Positions 25,976 through 40,500 of a stretch of DNA of 64,000 nucleotides are shown piece after piece. The stretch covers positions 13,959,045 through 14,023,044 of the forward strand of contig NC_092680.1 in the NCBI RefSeq assembly GCF_964355755.1, read 5' to 3'. Both the position numbers and the translations under genes were made by a program. Below the pieces are notes generated by a model. That model was not told the origin of the DNA. It did no database searches and saw only the letters and a program-made list of their open reading frames with translations. Within the stretch, counting starts at the first letter, position 1; each line of letters starts with the position of its first letter. Origin of the DNA: Antedon mediterranea (Eukaryota; Animalia; Echinodermata).

Positions 25976-28444
25976 AGCACATTAAAGTTCAAAATTGACC
26001 ATTTTTAAATGGGCATGTGATTCATAATTATGTATTTTTGCGATTAATCATAAATATATCTGAAGAAAGAACAATGTCGAGCAGTGCTTTTGTAAGAAAT
26101 ATTTATTGTTTATTATCAAGAATCAAATGAATTCAATTGAGATTCAATTATTGGGACCAATTTCAGAACATTGAGTACTTTACGAGGAAATCGAGCAACC
26201 CAAGTTGGTATACGTTTAAAAATGTTGAGATGTAAAAATTATTTAAAAAAACTAGATTGAAACTCGTCACTTTGAGGAGTTAGTTAATTGAGTGAGGTAA
26301 TGACTGCAATAAAAAACGGTACTGGGTTTGGTCTGTTCCCAAAAGTCATCCATTCATAAAAGCACTGATAAAGAAAGTCTATCCGTGGTGGGACATGACT
26401 ATACTTTGGCTTTAGTTGATAGAAGATTGAAATGTTTTGTTAGAGATAGAATATACAATGTTTGATTGTATTAGTGTAAATAGTTTGTTAAATAGTTGGA
26501 TGCAATGGTCTTCTACATGTATTAGATTAAAATAAATAAATATACAATGATATGTTAGTATAAAAATTAACATTATAAAAAGTGTATAGATATAAAGAAG
26601 ATTCCAGAATATACAATACTAAGTATCCTAAGTTTAATTTATACATTTTAGGCAATCTTGTCGAAGATGAAGCGCCTATAGCCTGCCACGTTTCAATATT
26701 CAATGTCCTGAAAAATTTATAATATTAATACAGTATTAGTCTCAACTAAATTTCACATAATGCAATATTTATTTTCTGATATCCGGTTACATACTATATG
26801 GAACTTTCATTGTCAGCACATATAATAGCAAAATAACAACCCTTTTATATCCAAAACGATACTTTTATTTTGTACCTAATCTTATCTAACACATGATTTG
26901 ATTATTTATTAAATAAATTAAAAATAAAATAAAAAGTTTCATATTAATTTGCATACCATTACATTTCAGAGCGTCCTATTTAAATTAAGTAACCCGATAG
27001 ACGAAACTTACTGATTTATCACTCTATTGGAATTTCAGGGTACTTGGTTCAATAATGATAATGCTGGTTGAAATTAAATTTTAAAATTAAATAAAAAAAT
27101 TATAGATAAAATCCATTTTCTCTTAGTGTATGTGAATTCTGTAATGCGATTGCTCAATGTGTATGTATGAGAGATAATTTATTACTTTTTTAAAACAGAT
27201 CCGACAGCTAATAGGAGCCGGTTTGTTGAGTGTTTTGATGTGCACATTTTTAATTGAGTATATGTGCAAGTTTTCAACCACGAAATATGAGCCCATATTC
27301 CGGGGGAGCTAGCTAGAGCGATTTCAACACCATTGGAGGAAAGTGACAAGTATTCTGATGTGTGGTTTGAACAATATACACTCCTTACACCTAGTTATTT
27401 ATAGATATTTCCTGTATTCTGTGAACAAGCAGGGTGTAACTAAAAATATTCACGTAAACGCCCAAGTAGCTAATATATAATCCATTTTCTTTGGTTCACA
27501 AATAACTTAGTTTGAACAATTTGTTGACACAATTATAAAGCTGTTCAAATTGTATAGAGCCTGAATGTAACCGTTTGGTCTAGTATTTTCTTCTTTTTTT
27601 TTAAAGATTTTTCGCCATGTGGATTCATTCACATATTATTATTATTTTAAAGAGGTTTACTTGAACAAAACAAAAATACAGCTTACAGTTCTTGTGCACC
27701 ATCATTATCAGTATAATTTTTGGAAAAACAAAGATGAACTTGTTTTGATGCAGGACATGAGAACCATAAAATCTATTTCACATGGCCTAAAGCAAGTTTT
27801 TAAATTTCAGTTGGTAATATAGGCCAAAATGTTGCAATGTTATATATAATGATGATGACATTTCTTTGGTGTTAAAACATACGTAATTATCAGAATGTAC
27901 AAACAAAATGATATATAAACTGTTGTTATCTGCTTATATATTTCGTACTGAGTTGTTGATTGAACTAAATTAAACTACATTAAACTATTTAATTTCATTC
28001 ATATAGTTTTCATTCGGGTGCAATGATATGATGTAGGTAAATGAGTTGACAAATCACAGTAACAGTTCAGATGATCCATTGGGTCATGATTGGTCAAATT
28101 ACTTTGTTAAGTTGGGCTTGCTTCCTTGCACTGCATCTAAATGGGAACTAAGCTAAACATGTTGGTCCAAAAATATCTTGTATGTCCTATTTTCTATTAC
28201 AAATCAACACAAAATTTATGTTTTACGATAGAAATTACCACATGTTTACAATGCTGTTACGATTTGTTTTTAAATCTAAAGAATGTTCACTTATAGCCAG
28301 ATTTGGAAAAAGGCATCACTACCAAACTATAAAACAGAAGCATTTAAAAAAAATTGCACATTACTCTTAATTTTGTATTGAATTAGATGTAAATTTAGAC
28401 GTAATTCGCTGCAAAATGATGCTGCTAAGATGATATAGAAATGC

Positions 28445-28574
28445 TTATACTCCAAAGTAATATCGAAGTGGCGGTGCAGGTAGGTCTTCATCGGCATCTT
28501 CTTCTAGAGGTTCAAATCCAATAACTAAGTCAAAATATGCATCATCACTTGAAGGCTTCAGCAAGCTTATCATT
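28445..28574 (-). CDS. UBA6: UBA6 last coding exon (MISLLKPSS...[15 protein letters not shown])
   Basis: 130 nt ending in TAA. Confidence 0.95.
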
Positions 28575-31500
28575 CTGGAGAAAAATGGTAGTTTGTTAGT
28601 TAATAATCATGTGCTTAGATCATATTGATTTTAATTCATTTCATTCTTGAAAAGAAAAAAAAACTTACGTTTGAGTTAGTCTCTTATTGTGTCCTGGCAT
28701 GATAGGTACATATACCATGCGTACTCCATGTACCATCATTGACAATTCAAGATCATACTTAGTCTATAAAAATGAATGAATAATGATGTAAACGAACAGA
28801 TATGATCCAACAAAAGAAAATTGTAAAATGCAAATACTTCTTGTACGTTCAAATGAGTTAAATGTATTGTCCCTTGAAACACAAAAAAATGAAGGTCAAA
28901 ATATTGTAAATTTAAAGTGGCCATATCAAAGTAATATTAAAGTTATTCACTTTAAGTCGAAAATTTGAGCCAAAAACAACAAGTTTACGTAATTAACAGG
29001 TAAATTAGTTTGATTACATTTCATCTGGAAAATCGTCACGAGCGAAAGTAAACAAAGATTTCAAACCATGAGTACGCATTATGCATTGCTAAATTAGGAT
29101 TGTTTACAACTCGTCACGGTTAAGAAGGTATTTTCACACAGATCGCAAGGAAGTTTTATGATTATGCATACAGAGTAGCCAAACAAGCGCGTTTCATTAT
29201 GGGATATGTTTTGATTGAAAACTTTGACTAGAAGTCAAAGTTATTTTTTTAACAAAAAAACGTCTGTATTTCAGTTAAATTTTTTTTTGTTCAAAAAATT
29301 TTTGGTGATATTTAATAACTATTATGATACTTCAAAATTACCCACCTTTTTTCGAAATCTTTTATTTTTTATTTTTTTGGAATTAGTCAAAGGGAGAATA
29401 CATCTTTAAGTCCAGGGATAAATGTATTTAGCTTGTGTAAAATGCCGGGCTTAAAAAAAAAGCTAAAGATGAAAAGAGATATACTAATCAAACTAAAATT
29501 GCACATGTCATATAAAATTGAAGATGGAAAGTCACACACAGGGAGACAGTTTGGAAATAGAAAGTTGGGAAATAAATACTATATAGTTCCTCCGTCTTCC
29601 GCTGCCTTAAGTTGTGGTAATATACTAATTTGCATAGGAGGAGTAAATATAATAAAAGCACACTCTTCCCTGATATATTTTTTTTTTTTTAAATCATGAT
29701 TATTTGATATTTTATTGTTTTTTTGTGGGAGCTTTGTTTTTAAATATGCTCAGAATAGTGATGTGTATGCAATGGGTCACATTTACCTATAGATAAAATT
29801 AAAAAGTGGACATAAAACGAATGAAAAATACATTTCTGTGGAAACACGACCTCAATCATACAAATGACCTCATATTGCTGACACATTGTTAATTGTTTCC
29901 TTAATGTTGATGGTAATATACATGGTAAGTTGTTTTAATTTCAACAAAAAATCAACCCATTTGGATTCGTTTTGTTTGCGTGTTTTATTCCTTCACATTT
30001 TTTTATTTCAATGGTTTTGTATTTTGCAATTTTTTGTGGGAGCTTTGTTATCTTGTGGTCTAGTTTTGTTTTGTTGCTATATAAGTTGTTTTATTTATGC
30101 ATTTGCAGATTCGAACACGACTGTATTTGATGTATTATTGATGTAGCCACACGCTTTAATCACTGATAGTGATTTACAAAAAGTATCACGTTTCAGAGTT
30201 ACGTATTTGTGGAAATGGCTATTGCAGTACACAATTGATATGTTCCGTAAAATTACTGTTATTTATCCTTAAAAAGCAAGTGATATAGCCTATTGTGTGC
30301 AGCCTATCAAGAAACATTAGTGTGGCAAATGTGGGCATGTACAATTTATTAAAAAACACCAATTATTATCATCAATTATAATATAACTGTACTAACCTTA
30401 AAATGATTAGTTAAATCTTGCAAAGTATAATCTTTGTGTCCTTTAACTGTCCATCTGTCCCAGATTGTGTAAGACATGCCAGGTTTTATTTGTGTTTCCA
30501 TAGGCCGACCAGGCTCTGAGAACATGATTAAAGGCAGGCCTAGATTCATAAAACAGTTCTTGTAGTGCTCAACAGGAGCTTCCTTCACAACTTTTACAAG
30601 TTCAAGTGTAGCCTAAACAGAATAAAATAGTAACACATATAGTAATAGTACTTTTTTGGCAACTATTTAAATACATCTTCAAACAATTTCATTTAGCTCA
30701 TTTGAATACAGTTTAAATAATTGTTTATGATCTGTAAAATTGACAACACTCCAAATGTATTATGTACCATCAATGTGACAAAGTATAAAATGTGAGGTTT
30801 TTAAAATAATATACATATAAATACATACAGTAAAGCTATACATACTGACATGAATCATAAAACACACAATTCATCATTGCAGTAGTATTATTAAACTCTT
30901 TGTAAAAAATAAATAATATTTTCTATATGAATTAATATCATTTTACAAGCATTCATTGCAAAAAAAGGCTATTAGGTTTCATAAAGATTTGCCAAGGAAC
31001 TTTTAATATGTCTGACAGACAAACCAATAGCAACCTCCTTGGGCAGAAGTAATGATTAAAACTCACCAAGCCTGCAACTGCAGCTGTTGTGGTTGCTATA
31101 GCTGGTACAATGCGGCCTGCAATCTTTTTTGTCTTGAGCCTATCTGCATTCTCAATGCCGTACATGTTAGCTCGTAAGTTAGATGCACTTGTTATAAAGT
31201 CTATGTGACCATTTCTATCATCATCCTTTTCAAACTCAACTTCTGTCATAGTCAGATGTTCTGAAAATAAGCATAATTATATTCCTAAATGTAATACTAC
31301 TACATCAGCACATTGTCTATCTGATATACACATGTGCCCAAATAACTGATGAATAGACAACATACTGGCATGGGGTGACCGCTATGCATGATTTTTTCAA
31401 TGCCTGAGAATTGCCAATAAAGGTAAATAAGGTTGGTTGATTGGCTGAATACATCGATGAATGAGTCTTCAATCACAACCTGGAATTAGACAACTGTTGC

Positions 31501-34500
31501 ATGGCGCATGTTGATACCTCAGCTAATGAATGCCGTAGAAATGCAAATAATTACCAATTGATGATTACTTGGCCTTAAAATATTCACCGAGTAGAGTACA
31601 TAATTCTTTTTGCCAATTGTCTAATTCATCTTCATCAATATAGGGAATTATAACCTTTTGGATCCCAGGAGTGATGTGATGCATGTGATGCAATCTTTGA
31701 CAAATGCTATATTACCTGGTTGAGCGCGGTTGTTTGCAATCAATGTTGCTAACTGATTCTGATATTTCTCCAATTGCTCATCCCCATCACTTCCTTCTAC
31801 TGCCTCATCTATCTCCTGTTTTGAGGCTTCTTCATCAGTTACTATTTTCTAAAAGATAAAATAATATTTAAACACCAGTCAAACTTTATCTATTTATCTA
31901 TAATTCTGAAACACTTATTGCAAAACAACTTCACTCACAAAAATACGATTTCTGTGTATTTCTGTCTTGAGAATAATGAATAATTAGGAGCCTTCTGCAA
32001 ATTATTTTAAACGACAAAACACGTTTCAGATTGGCCGCTGTTAAAAAATGTTTGAAAAACAACCATTCTAATTATTCACATAATTATTATTCATAAATGG
32101 CTATGGTTTGACTGTCAAAACAAAATGTTTGTGTCATACACGGAGCAATCCATTTTGGGAAATACCCTATATATGCAAACAAACAATAAGAAATGATGAT
32201 AATAATTTGTTGTATTCGAATTGGAACTTTTGTACTCAACGGAAAATCCATTGAGTATTTTTTGTATTCGAATGGCAAACGTTAAATAACGCAAACGTTT
32301 TCGTGGAGTTTGTATTCAACGCTCGAAATACTGCATCTCAAATTGCCATAAAGTGCTCAATAAAGTCAGGCAAGTATATAAAATACCGTGTTTAGGGGAG
32401 CTTACTCAAGGGAGGCATTTATTTTTTTGGGTGTGATATGGTAACATTTATGATACAATAAATGTATCCTAGATATGAACAAATACAACACAATTTATAT
32501 CAAGAAGTGATAAAATACAGTAAAAATCCATCCCGGTCCATCACTTCTTGTACTAATAGGTTTCGCAACAGCTTCTATCCAGCTGCCATTCGGGCACTGA
32601 ATACTACCGTAGTTGCGAAACCGTACGAGGGTGATGTGACATTATATCACTGTAATTGTGGTTTTTATCATTACGTGTACAGCCCCATTAGAGAATGTGT
32701 TCATTTTTACCCGAAGTTTTGAAAAACTTCGGGTAAATGTCACTTAACCTCCTACTGTGACATGTGTTTATTTAAGTCCAACTTTGATAGGCAGGTCGTT
32801 AAACTATTTGATCATTGCCGACTTCTGCTAGTTTTTGCCTGACCATTGACCTTGCATACTGAAGAATGTACCTTTTCCTAATCAATCAATTACAAGAGAG
32901 CTAATAAAATCACAGGGGTATAATAGGATTCAGGTAATTAATCACCTGCTAATAGTTGATTTATCTGATAAGGATTTTGACCAAAAAGTTCTAATGGGGA
33001 TGTACACCTAATGATTGTTATTTATATCTGTTTTTTGTGTCTCAGAGCAAACACAATTTCTATGTATATATTTTGTTTTACTGTATATGCAAATGACAAT
33101 AAAAGGAAATAATGATTTCCACTAATGAATAAATAAAAAATACAAAAAGAAATGTGTTACAATACATAGCCTATGTAAATACATGGACATGATTGGTTGA
33201 AACTAGCATCACATGACTAAACTGCTGCGAGGATCGTAAATCATATATGTCCTCGAGTACGATAATATTGACTGTGTAATTGGTGTGTGATAACACTCGT
33301 GTTTGGCCATCTACTGTGACTCGAACTCAGATTAGTCCACATCACAACGACAACGTTTTATAACTAAACTATTAAAACTATGCATACATAGCTTCCTCAT
33401 TTTGTTATTCGCCCTCTATAGATGAGACAAAAGACTGTTTGTGATTGGTCAAGGGGGAGATGATTCAAATTGGGTGCAAAGTTTATTCAAAAATTGGGAA
33501 TATATTCAAATATGGTAAAAAAAATACTCACTTTTACTGAGCCAACAAATTCTGGTATGTTGGTTAATCGGATGATACTTTTGACATTTGGTAATTGCAA
33601 ATCTTGATCTGTGACCTTGATATTGCTGAAAAACGCACACAGACGGGCAACACTTATCACAAATGATATATGCCTGAAAAAAAAACCCATTGTATTTCAA
33701 TTTGCTGTTGTGATAAAACCAGTATGGAATATAGATTTGCAGATGACCATATATACAAACAATATTATATTATGACACAAATATTATTCTATTTGTAGTA
33801 GAATTTTTTACTGCTATCTACAATTTATCAAGCACAATTATTTACTGTATTTAGGGGAATTTATTTACCTCCACCAAGGAGGTCCATTGTGTTTGTTTGT
33901 TTGTCTGTCTGTTTTTAGCAGGATTACTCAAAAAGTAATTACAGAATCTTTACCAAAATGGAAATACATATAGATGTGTGATCAAGGTCCACTCCATTAA
34001 ATTTTAGAGGCAATCCGGACCATGGTCCCAATTCTGGACCACTTTTTAGTATTATTTTCAGACCTGCTAGTGTTAAAAGATAGGAGAGTATTTTCAAAAG
34101 CCAGCGAGCAGTCTTAAAGTAACAAGTAAACTGAAATTTCATTTTCTTGAGAACTACTTGTCCACAAAACTTCATTTTTGTACAAGAGACAAGAGTTCTA
34201 ATTTTTGATTTGTAATTTTAAAACATAATTTGATTTAATTTACAGGTTTTTTGATGCGAGTAGTTTTAAAAACATATTTCTTTTCAAATTCACTCGTTTG
34301 ATTTTCGCGTTGCTGTTCTATTGTTAGTCAACTGAAGCTATTGTTAATTGAAAGGCTTGTTACATACCCATTACACCAAATTCGCATACACATGCTTGTA
34401 GTGAAATTAGCCTAAATCACACACAGCATTAAGACACATACAAATATAGATATATAGGTATACAGGTTTACAGTAGGCGGAGGTATGCACTCTGGGAGCG

Positions 34501-37500
34501 AGTGGCTTTCTAGTTCTATTATGAAATGTTTCCATATTACAAAAAACAAACACCTCATCCTATTTAGTGTAATTCTAACCCTAAACAGATTAGGTTTATT
34601 TTTACAAATAGCAAGCATTTCAATAATTATATGGTAACCAATGTTTTCATTCCGAGATCCAGTCGGTTGCTCAATTTTAGAAAACAACAAAATAACTTAC
34701 AGTTCATTGTTTTCGTCGAAAACTTGAGGTGTTGGTGGCCGTTTGGGTGACTGCCAGAAAAGAGCTGTAAAAAAACAAAGTGTTACTCTACATATTTTAC
34801 ACACTCTTTAATTACAAATAAACATTATACAACATTAAATAACACATTATGTTGAAACATGCAATTGTTAATTATTCACAAGTTTGCCAGTACCATGCTC
34901 TAGAGTATTCGAATATAGTGATTGCAAATGAACATTTTTAATAAAAAAAAAACCCAGGTTATATTCATCACCTTTATTTGAAAATAATTTGATAGGAAAC
35001 AATTTAATTCTTCTTCTTCTTTGAAATTGATTTGTAATTTATATACACAGTGGTTTTAATTAAAGACAATTTCCTTTCAATTGTTGACGTTTTATACATA
35101 TAAATGCATATATATTATTTTAAAAACATTAAAACAGGTCATTCCTTGTCATAAATGTACATTTTATGGTTAATTACAATAAAAAGAAAAAAAATAATGC
35201 ACTACCTAAGTAGCTCACGTTGAATGTTCTCTCGTGGTAAGCTAGCTAGGCTTAGTTTTGTAGACCTAGCTTTTAAACATTGGTAACGTACAAATATTAT
35301 ATGCTAGATAGGACTAGCCTGGCATTGTCTAGTTGCGCTCACACTGATTAAAATTTGTTTTTATTTTTAATGTCTAGCCTTTCATAAATTTATGACTATT
35401 GTATAATAAAATAATGTTGTGAATGTAGTATATAAAGTAAATTCTCAAATAGTAAAAAGTTTTTCTTAAATATAATATATTAAATATTATTCATAATGGC
35501 GAGAGGTGTTTGATCGTGTTTGTTTGTTTCTGTCTGTATTTGTTAGTTAGCAGGATTACTTAAAATGTTATTGTCCGATTTCATAAGATTTTAAAAGATG
35601 GTTTCATAGTTACGAAAACGTAATCCTTACAGAGTGAGTGAGTGGCCGAGCGGTTAAGACAGTGGAACCGTAATTACGTAGACATAACATCGGCAGGGGT
35701 TCCAGGCTCACTCACTCCATGGTTCTGGTGGTAGAATGAGTCTTCTCGGATAAGGACTATAAACCGTAGGTCCAGTGTACACATCTAGCTCATGTGCACT
35801 TTAAAGAACCTAGTACATCTTTCGAGACGAGTAGGGGGTTACCCCGGTGTATTAGTACATCACAGCCACTGATCTGGCCCTCTGACTGGGCCCTCTGGGA
35901 GACCAGTCTTTGACTGAAGAGGTTACCCAGTATAAATATATATTTCAATCAATCAATCCTGCTAATAATGTAGAGAATGTGGCTTTAAAGGTACTGTAGC
36001 TCCACTTCTACTTACTTCCATCCTTTAGTAAACTGTCTCTTGGAAAAACTCTTAAAAGATTTTGAGCCTGTAAATAACAAACCAATTATCATTATGACAA
36101 AATAAAGTATGAATACAGAAATCAATTTACCATTTTCTATAAGACATGTTAGTAATCAGCATAAAATCATTCTGGGCTCTAGAATTTGAGAAAATGGTAG
36201 ACAAATGTTTTTACGTTTTAAATGAATTTATATGTTGTCCTGATCACGTACAGCAAATCAACCATTTGTCAACAACCGCCTTCATATGCAAATAAGCATA
36301 AATGCAAATTAGAATCAAATGAGTTTATTCTCTCCTGACATCATACTGCTAACTTTGAACAGTATAATGATTTGTTGTACATAGTGGCCAACATACAGTA
36401 AAAAATTCATTAAAAACTGAAAACCTTTGTCTAAAATTTGCTCAAATGCTAGATTCAGTAGCCTGGAATAATTGTTATGCTGGTTAATTTTTAAACATTT
36501 TGTCTCAATTCAATATTTTTCAGCTAGATTCAGAAGCTTTGCTGCTATTCCAATGTCAACACATTATAATACCTTGTAATTGAAATATTTCTGAAACTTC
36601 AACCTGCCAGTAGAAATGCATTCGTTCCAGTTGGCTGGTCGGTATCCAAGGAACTTAACAGCTTGTATCACACCTTCTGGTTGCTCTCCTGATTTTAGTT
36701 TCTGAAATACACAATTAAATTGGAATACAGTATACAAATAATAAATGTTTATGAGTGTGATGGTACAAATAATTTAATTCGGTGAAAGATGAAATTCTAT
36801 TAGATGATATTTCACCAAATGAAATTATTTGTACCATTGCATGAATATAAAAACATTCATTATTTGTTTTATATAAGTAGATTCTTGCCATTGCTCTGAT
36901 CTTGTTATTGTGAAGGAGAAATCATGTTGATGGTGTTATATAATATTTAAATGTCCACAATGCTGGATAATGATCATAGGCATTGCCATATGCCCATGTT
37001 TTGCGGGCATAAATTAAAAACTAGTGCTGTGCTACTATACAACCTATAACAAAAATCTTGTATGTGACTTTTTTCACTTCCACAGATTCCCTTATATTTA
37101 AAGATTTAGAGTATTGTGACATGTAGCCGCTTTATATTGAAACTGTTACACTTGAATTACCTTTAGAATTGTTTGTGCATCTCCATGATCTTTCCAGAAT
37201 TTGGTAAAAGAAGTAGGCTTGATGGAAAAGAAACTAGCAAACTGAAGAATAAACAAACATTAAATATCTACATTATTAAAAACCTTAATTTACATTTATC
37301 TAATTGCATTCCACAATACTCAGTAGTGGCATAGGTGTCATTCATAGTGTCATAGTGGCATAGGTGTCTAACATATTAGCTAGCTATAGTCTATTTATGT
37401 AGTGGCATAGGTGTTTACCATATTAGCTAGCTATAGTCTGTTTATTCTGGCATATGATATCTCATCCGTGACCTGAAAACTTCAATAAATTGGTTTATAT

Positions 37501-40500
37501 TGTTATAATTGGTAAATTTTGAACTTTGACCCTTATATCTTGATATGCTTCCCTGGCTGATCCATATTCGTAATCTACGGAAAATTCTGGTGTATAAAAG
37601 TTGGATGGCAATACACCTGCCAGTGGACTAGTAGGTCTAATAGGGATTTACAGAGATAGGTATAACTTTTGCCATCTAAATACTTGAAAGATCTTTTGAT
37701 AATACCAAGTATCTTGCTAACAGCACAAGCAACTTTTGTAGTATGAATACAAAAATTTATTTGTCAAAAACAATATCAAGATCGAGACTGAATTTCAATT
37801 TATTTCTGTAACCAAAACAAATCACCTTACTGTATATGTGTCTATTATTGAATGAAAGCTCGCACTGCAAAGAATATTTGTATAGGGCATATCTGTATAT
37901 TTGTATAGGGCATATCTGTATATTTGTATAGGGCATATCTGTATATTTGTATAGGGCATATCTGTATATTTGTATAGGGCATATCTGTATATTTGTATAG
38001 GGCATATCTGTATATTTGTATAGGGCATATCTGTATATTTGTATAGGGCATATCTGTATATTTGTATAGGGCATATCTGTATATTTGTATAGGGCATATC
38101 TGTATATTTGTATAGGGCATATCTGTATATTTGTATAGGGCATATCTGTATATTTGTATAGGGCATATCTGTATATTTGTATAGGGCATATCTGTATATT
38201 TGTATAGGGCATATCTGTATATTTGTATAGGGCATATCTGTATATTTGTATAGGGCATATCTGTATATTTGTATAGGGCATATCTGTATATTTGTATAGG
38301 GCATATCTGTATATTTGTATAAGGCATATCTGTATATTTGTATAGGGCATATCTGTATATTTGTATAGGGCATATCTATATATTTGTATAGGGCATATCT
38401 GTATATTTGTATAGGGCATATCTGTATATTTGTATAGGGCATATCTGTATATTTGTATAGGGAATATCTGTATATTTGTATAGGGCATATCTGTATATTT
38501 GTATAGGGCATATCTGTATATTTGTATAGGGCATATCTGCTTGAAGAAAATATTTATCAGCAACGGCCCCACAATGCTGCCTTGAGGGACACCAACTGTT
38601 GTGAATCTTAACAAAATCTTCCCATGTTATATCACCTTGTTTGTTCTTTTGTTTTAATTTGTTAATATTAATACTCGACTTTTTTATTTAACCATTGTTT
38701 TTAGTCGCGTGCAACGTGACTCTACAACTCACTAAGTCGGTCGGTCGGTAAACACTAATAAATATATTATTACGCCGATTGAAAATTGTAGTACACTGAA
38801 ACTACGGTTTATAGTCCTTATTATAGACTTGTTCTAAGTGAGGCTCGTACCCCTTACGATGTTATAGCTATGGATTACCGCCAATGATGTCCAATTAATA
38901 TGTATAAAATTAAAAACTCCAACTACTTATAAATGGTCTGCATGGAACTCATCCACCTTGATCTGTATATGTTCTTTCAGCAACAAGTTTATTTACACAC
39001 ACCCAATAAACATTGTATGATTGGATGATAACTTTAGCTTGATCCATTCAATAAAATCATTAAAAAAATGAAATATCCCGGTTCCCCCACATGGAGGCAC
39101 TTTAACTATTAAATCCCACACCCTTGCATGAGCTTAAATACACTACATATTAAGTAGTGTGTAATTTATTAACTTAGCGAGTGAGTTGGCCAAACGGTTA
39201 AGGCAGTGGAACTGTAATCGATAGCCTCACTCGTTCCATGGTTCTGGTGGTATAACAAGTCTTCTCTTATAAGGACTATAAACCTTACACAAAATGCTCA
39301 TGTGTACTTTAAAGAACCGACTACATCTTTTGAGACGAGTACGGGGTTACCCCAGTGTACTAGTTTACACAGCCACTGCTTAAAGTAGGTCTTTTTGTAG
39401 GCCTCCTAGCTTGTTGAAGGCGGCAATTTAATAGAAGAAAAATGTCATTCACCTTATCTCTAGCCCACTGTATTGTATGTTCAATGGTTGCTGGGAATGA
39501 CTTTAGTGTACAATATGGAATGTCTTCATCTACAGGGTCTTGCTGGCTGCCATAGGACTCAGTCATATTTGCAACAATGACTTGTACGTGACCTTTGGCC
39601 CCCATAGTACCGGACTCCAATAGGGATCGTTGATTGGTTACACATCGACTGAGAAAACAAAACAGGTACAATTTAAAACAACTTTCCTAAAACCAACACT
39701 CAAAGAACCTCAGCCAAAGCAGAATTTGTCCAGAATTTTGGACCAGTCTAATGTTCTTCAGTTTATATAAAGTTATGTATTAATTGTTTATTATTAATTT
39801 ATTTTATTGGACTTGGAATGGAATCACAACATGTTATTAGCATTAGTTTCTTACAATAATGTCTATTATTATATGATGTCACAACTAAACCTAGTTTTTC
39901 TTTAAAAAGCCTTTATTTATCCTATTGCATCATATTTAGATTGCAATATCGCACAATATATGATACAGAATATGCCATTTAAATTTTAATTTGATATTAG
40001 CAAAACAAATTCTCCAAATGTTTTATTATTAGTGAAATGTATGAGATCATTATCAACTTTTTGTTGGTTCCACACTTATTATTGTCAGGATCTTTTTTTT
40101 TTGGATGGTTATCTGCACTTGGCGGATAACCCCTTGTTATTGTCAGAATTTTTTTTCCCCTATCTTCTTCTTTCTTCCCACGAATTTTGTTCGAAGTGTA
40201 TCTCTAATTCGTTTCAACATAAGATTGTATAAATTTGTCAGACGATTGACCTCTAAACTGTAGATGTGCAAGAAACTTGTTATATGACGTTAGATTCGCG
40301 CAGCGTAAGTTAGGCATGATTTTATGAAACTTTATGGTTGACCATATATTCTTGAAAAAAATTTATTTTTCAATGAAACTTTAGTACTTGGTGTATTTCA
40401 AAATATAGAGCAATTTTTGACATAAGTGTGAGTACGTGTATGTAAAATTTCAAAAAGCTTTCTAATCTAATTTTTCGTATACTTCAGGCCATCGTGAGTA

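Noticed and set aside
35631-35720. tRNA genes (also near 6950, 13037, 39176 and 41283)
   Set aside because: A/B boxes are present but there is no full cloverleaf; most continue into SINE bodies and the 6950 copy is too degenerate to call
37757-38614. Repeat ORFs ([20 protein letters not shown]...)
   Set aside because: Product of a 23-bp tandem repeat open in all three minus frames
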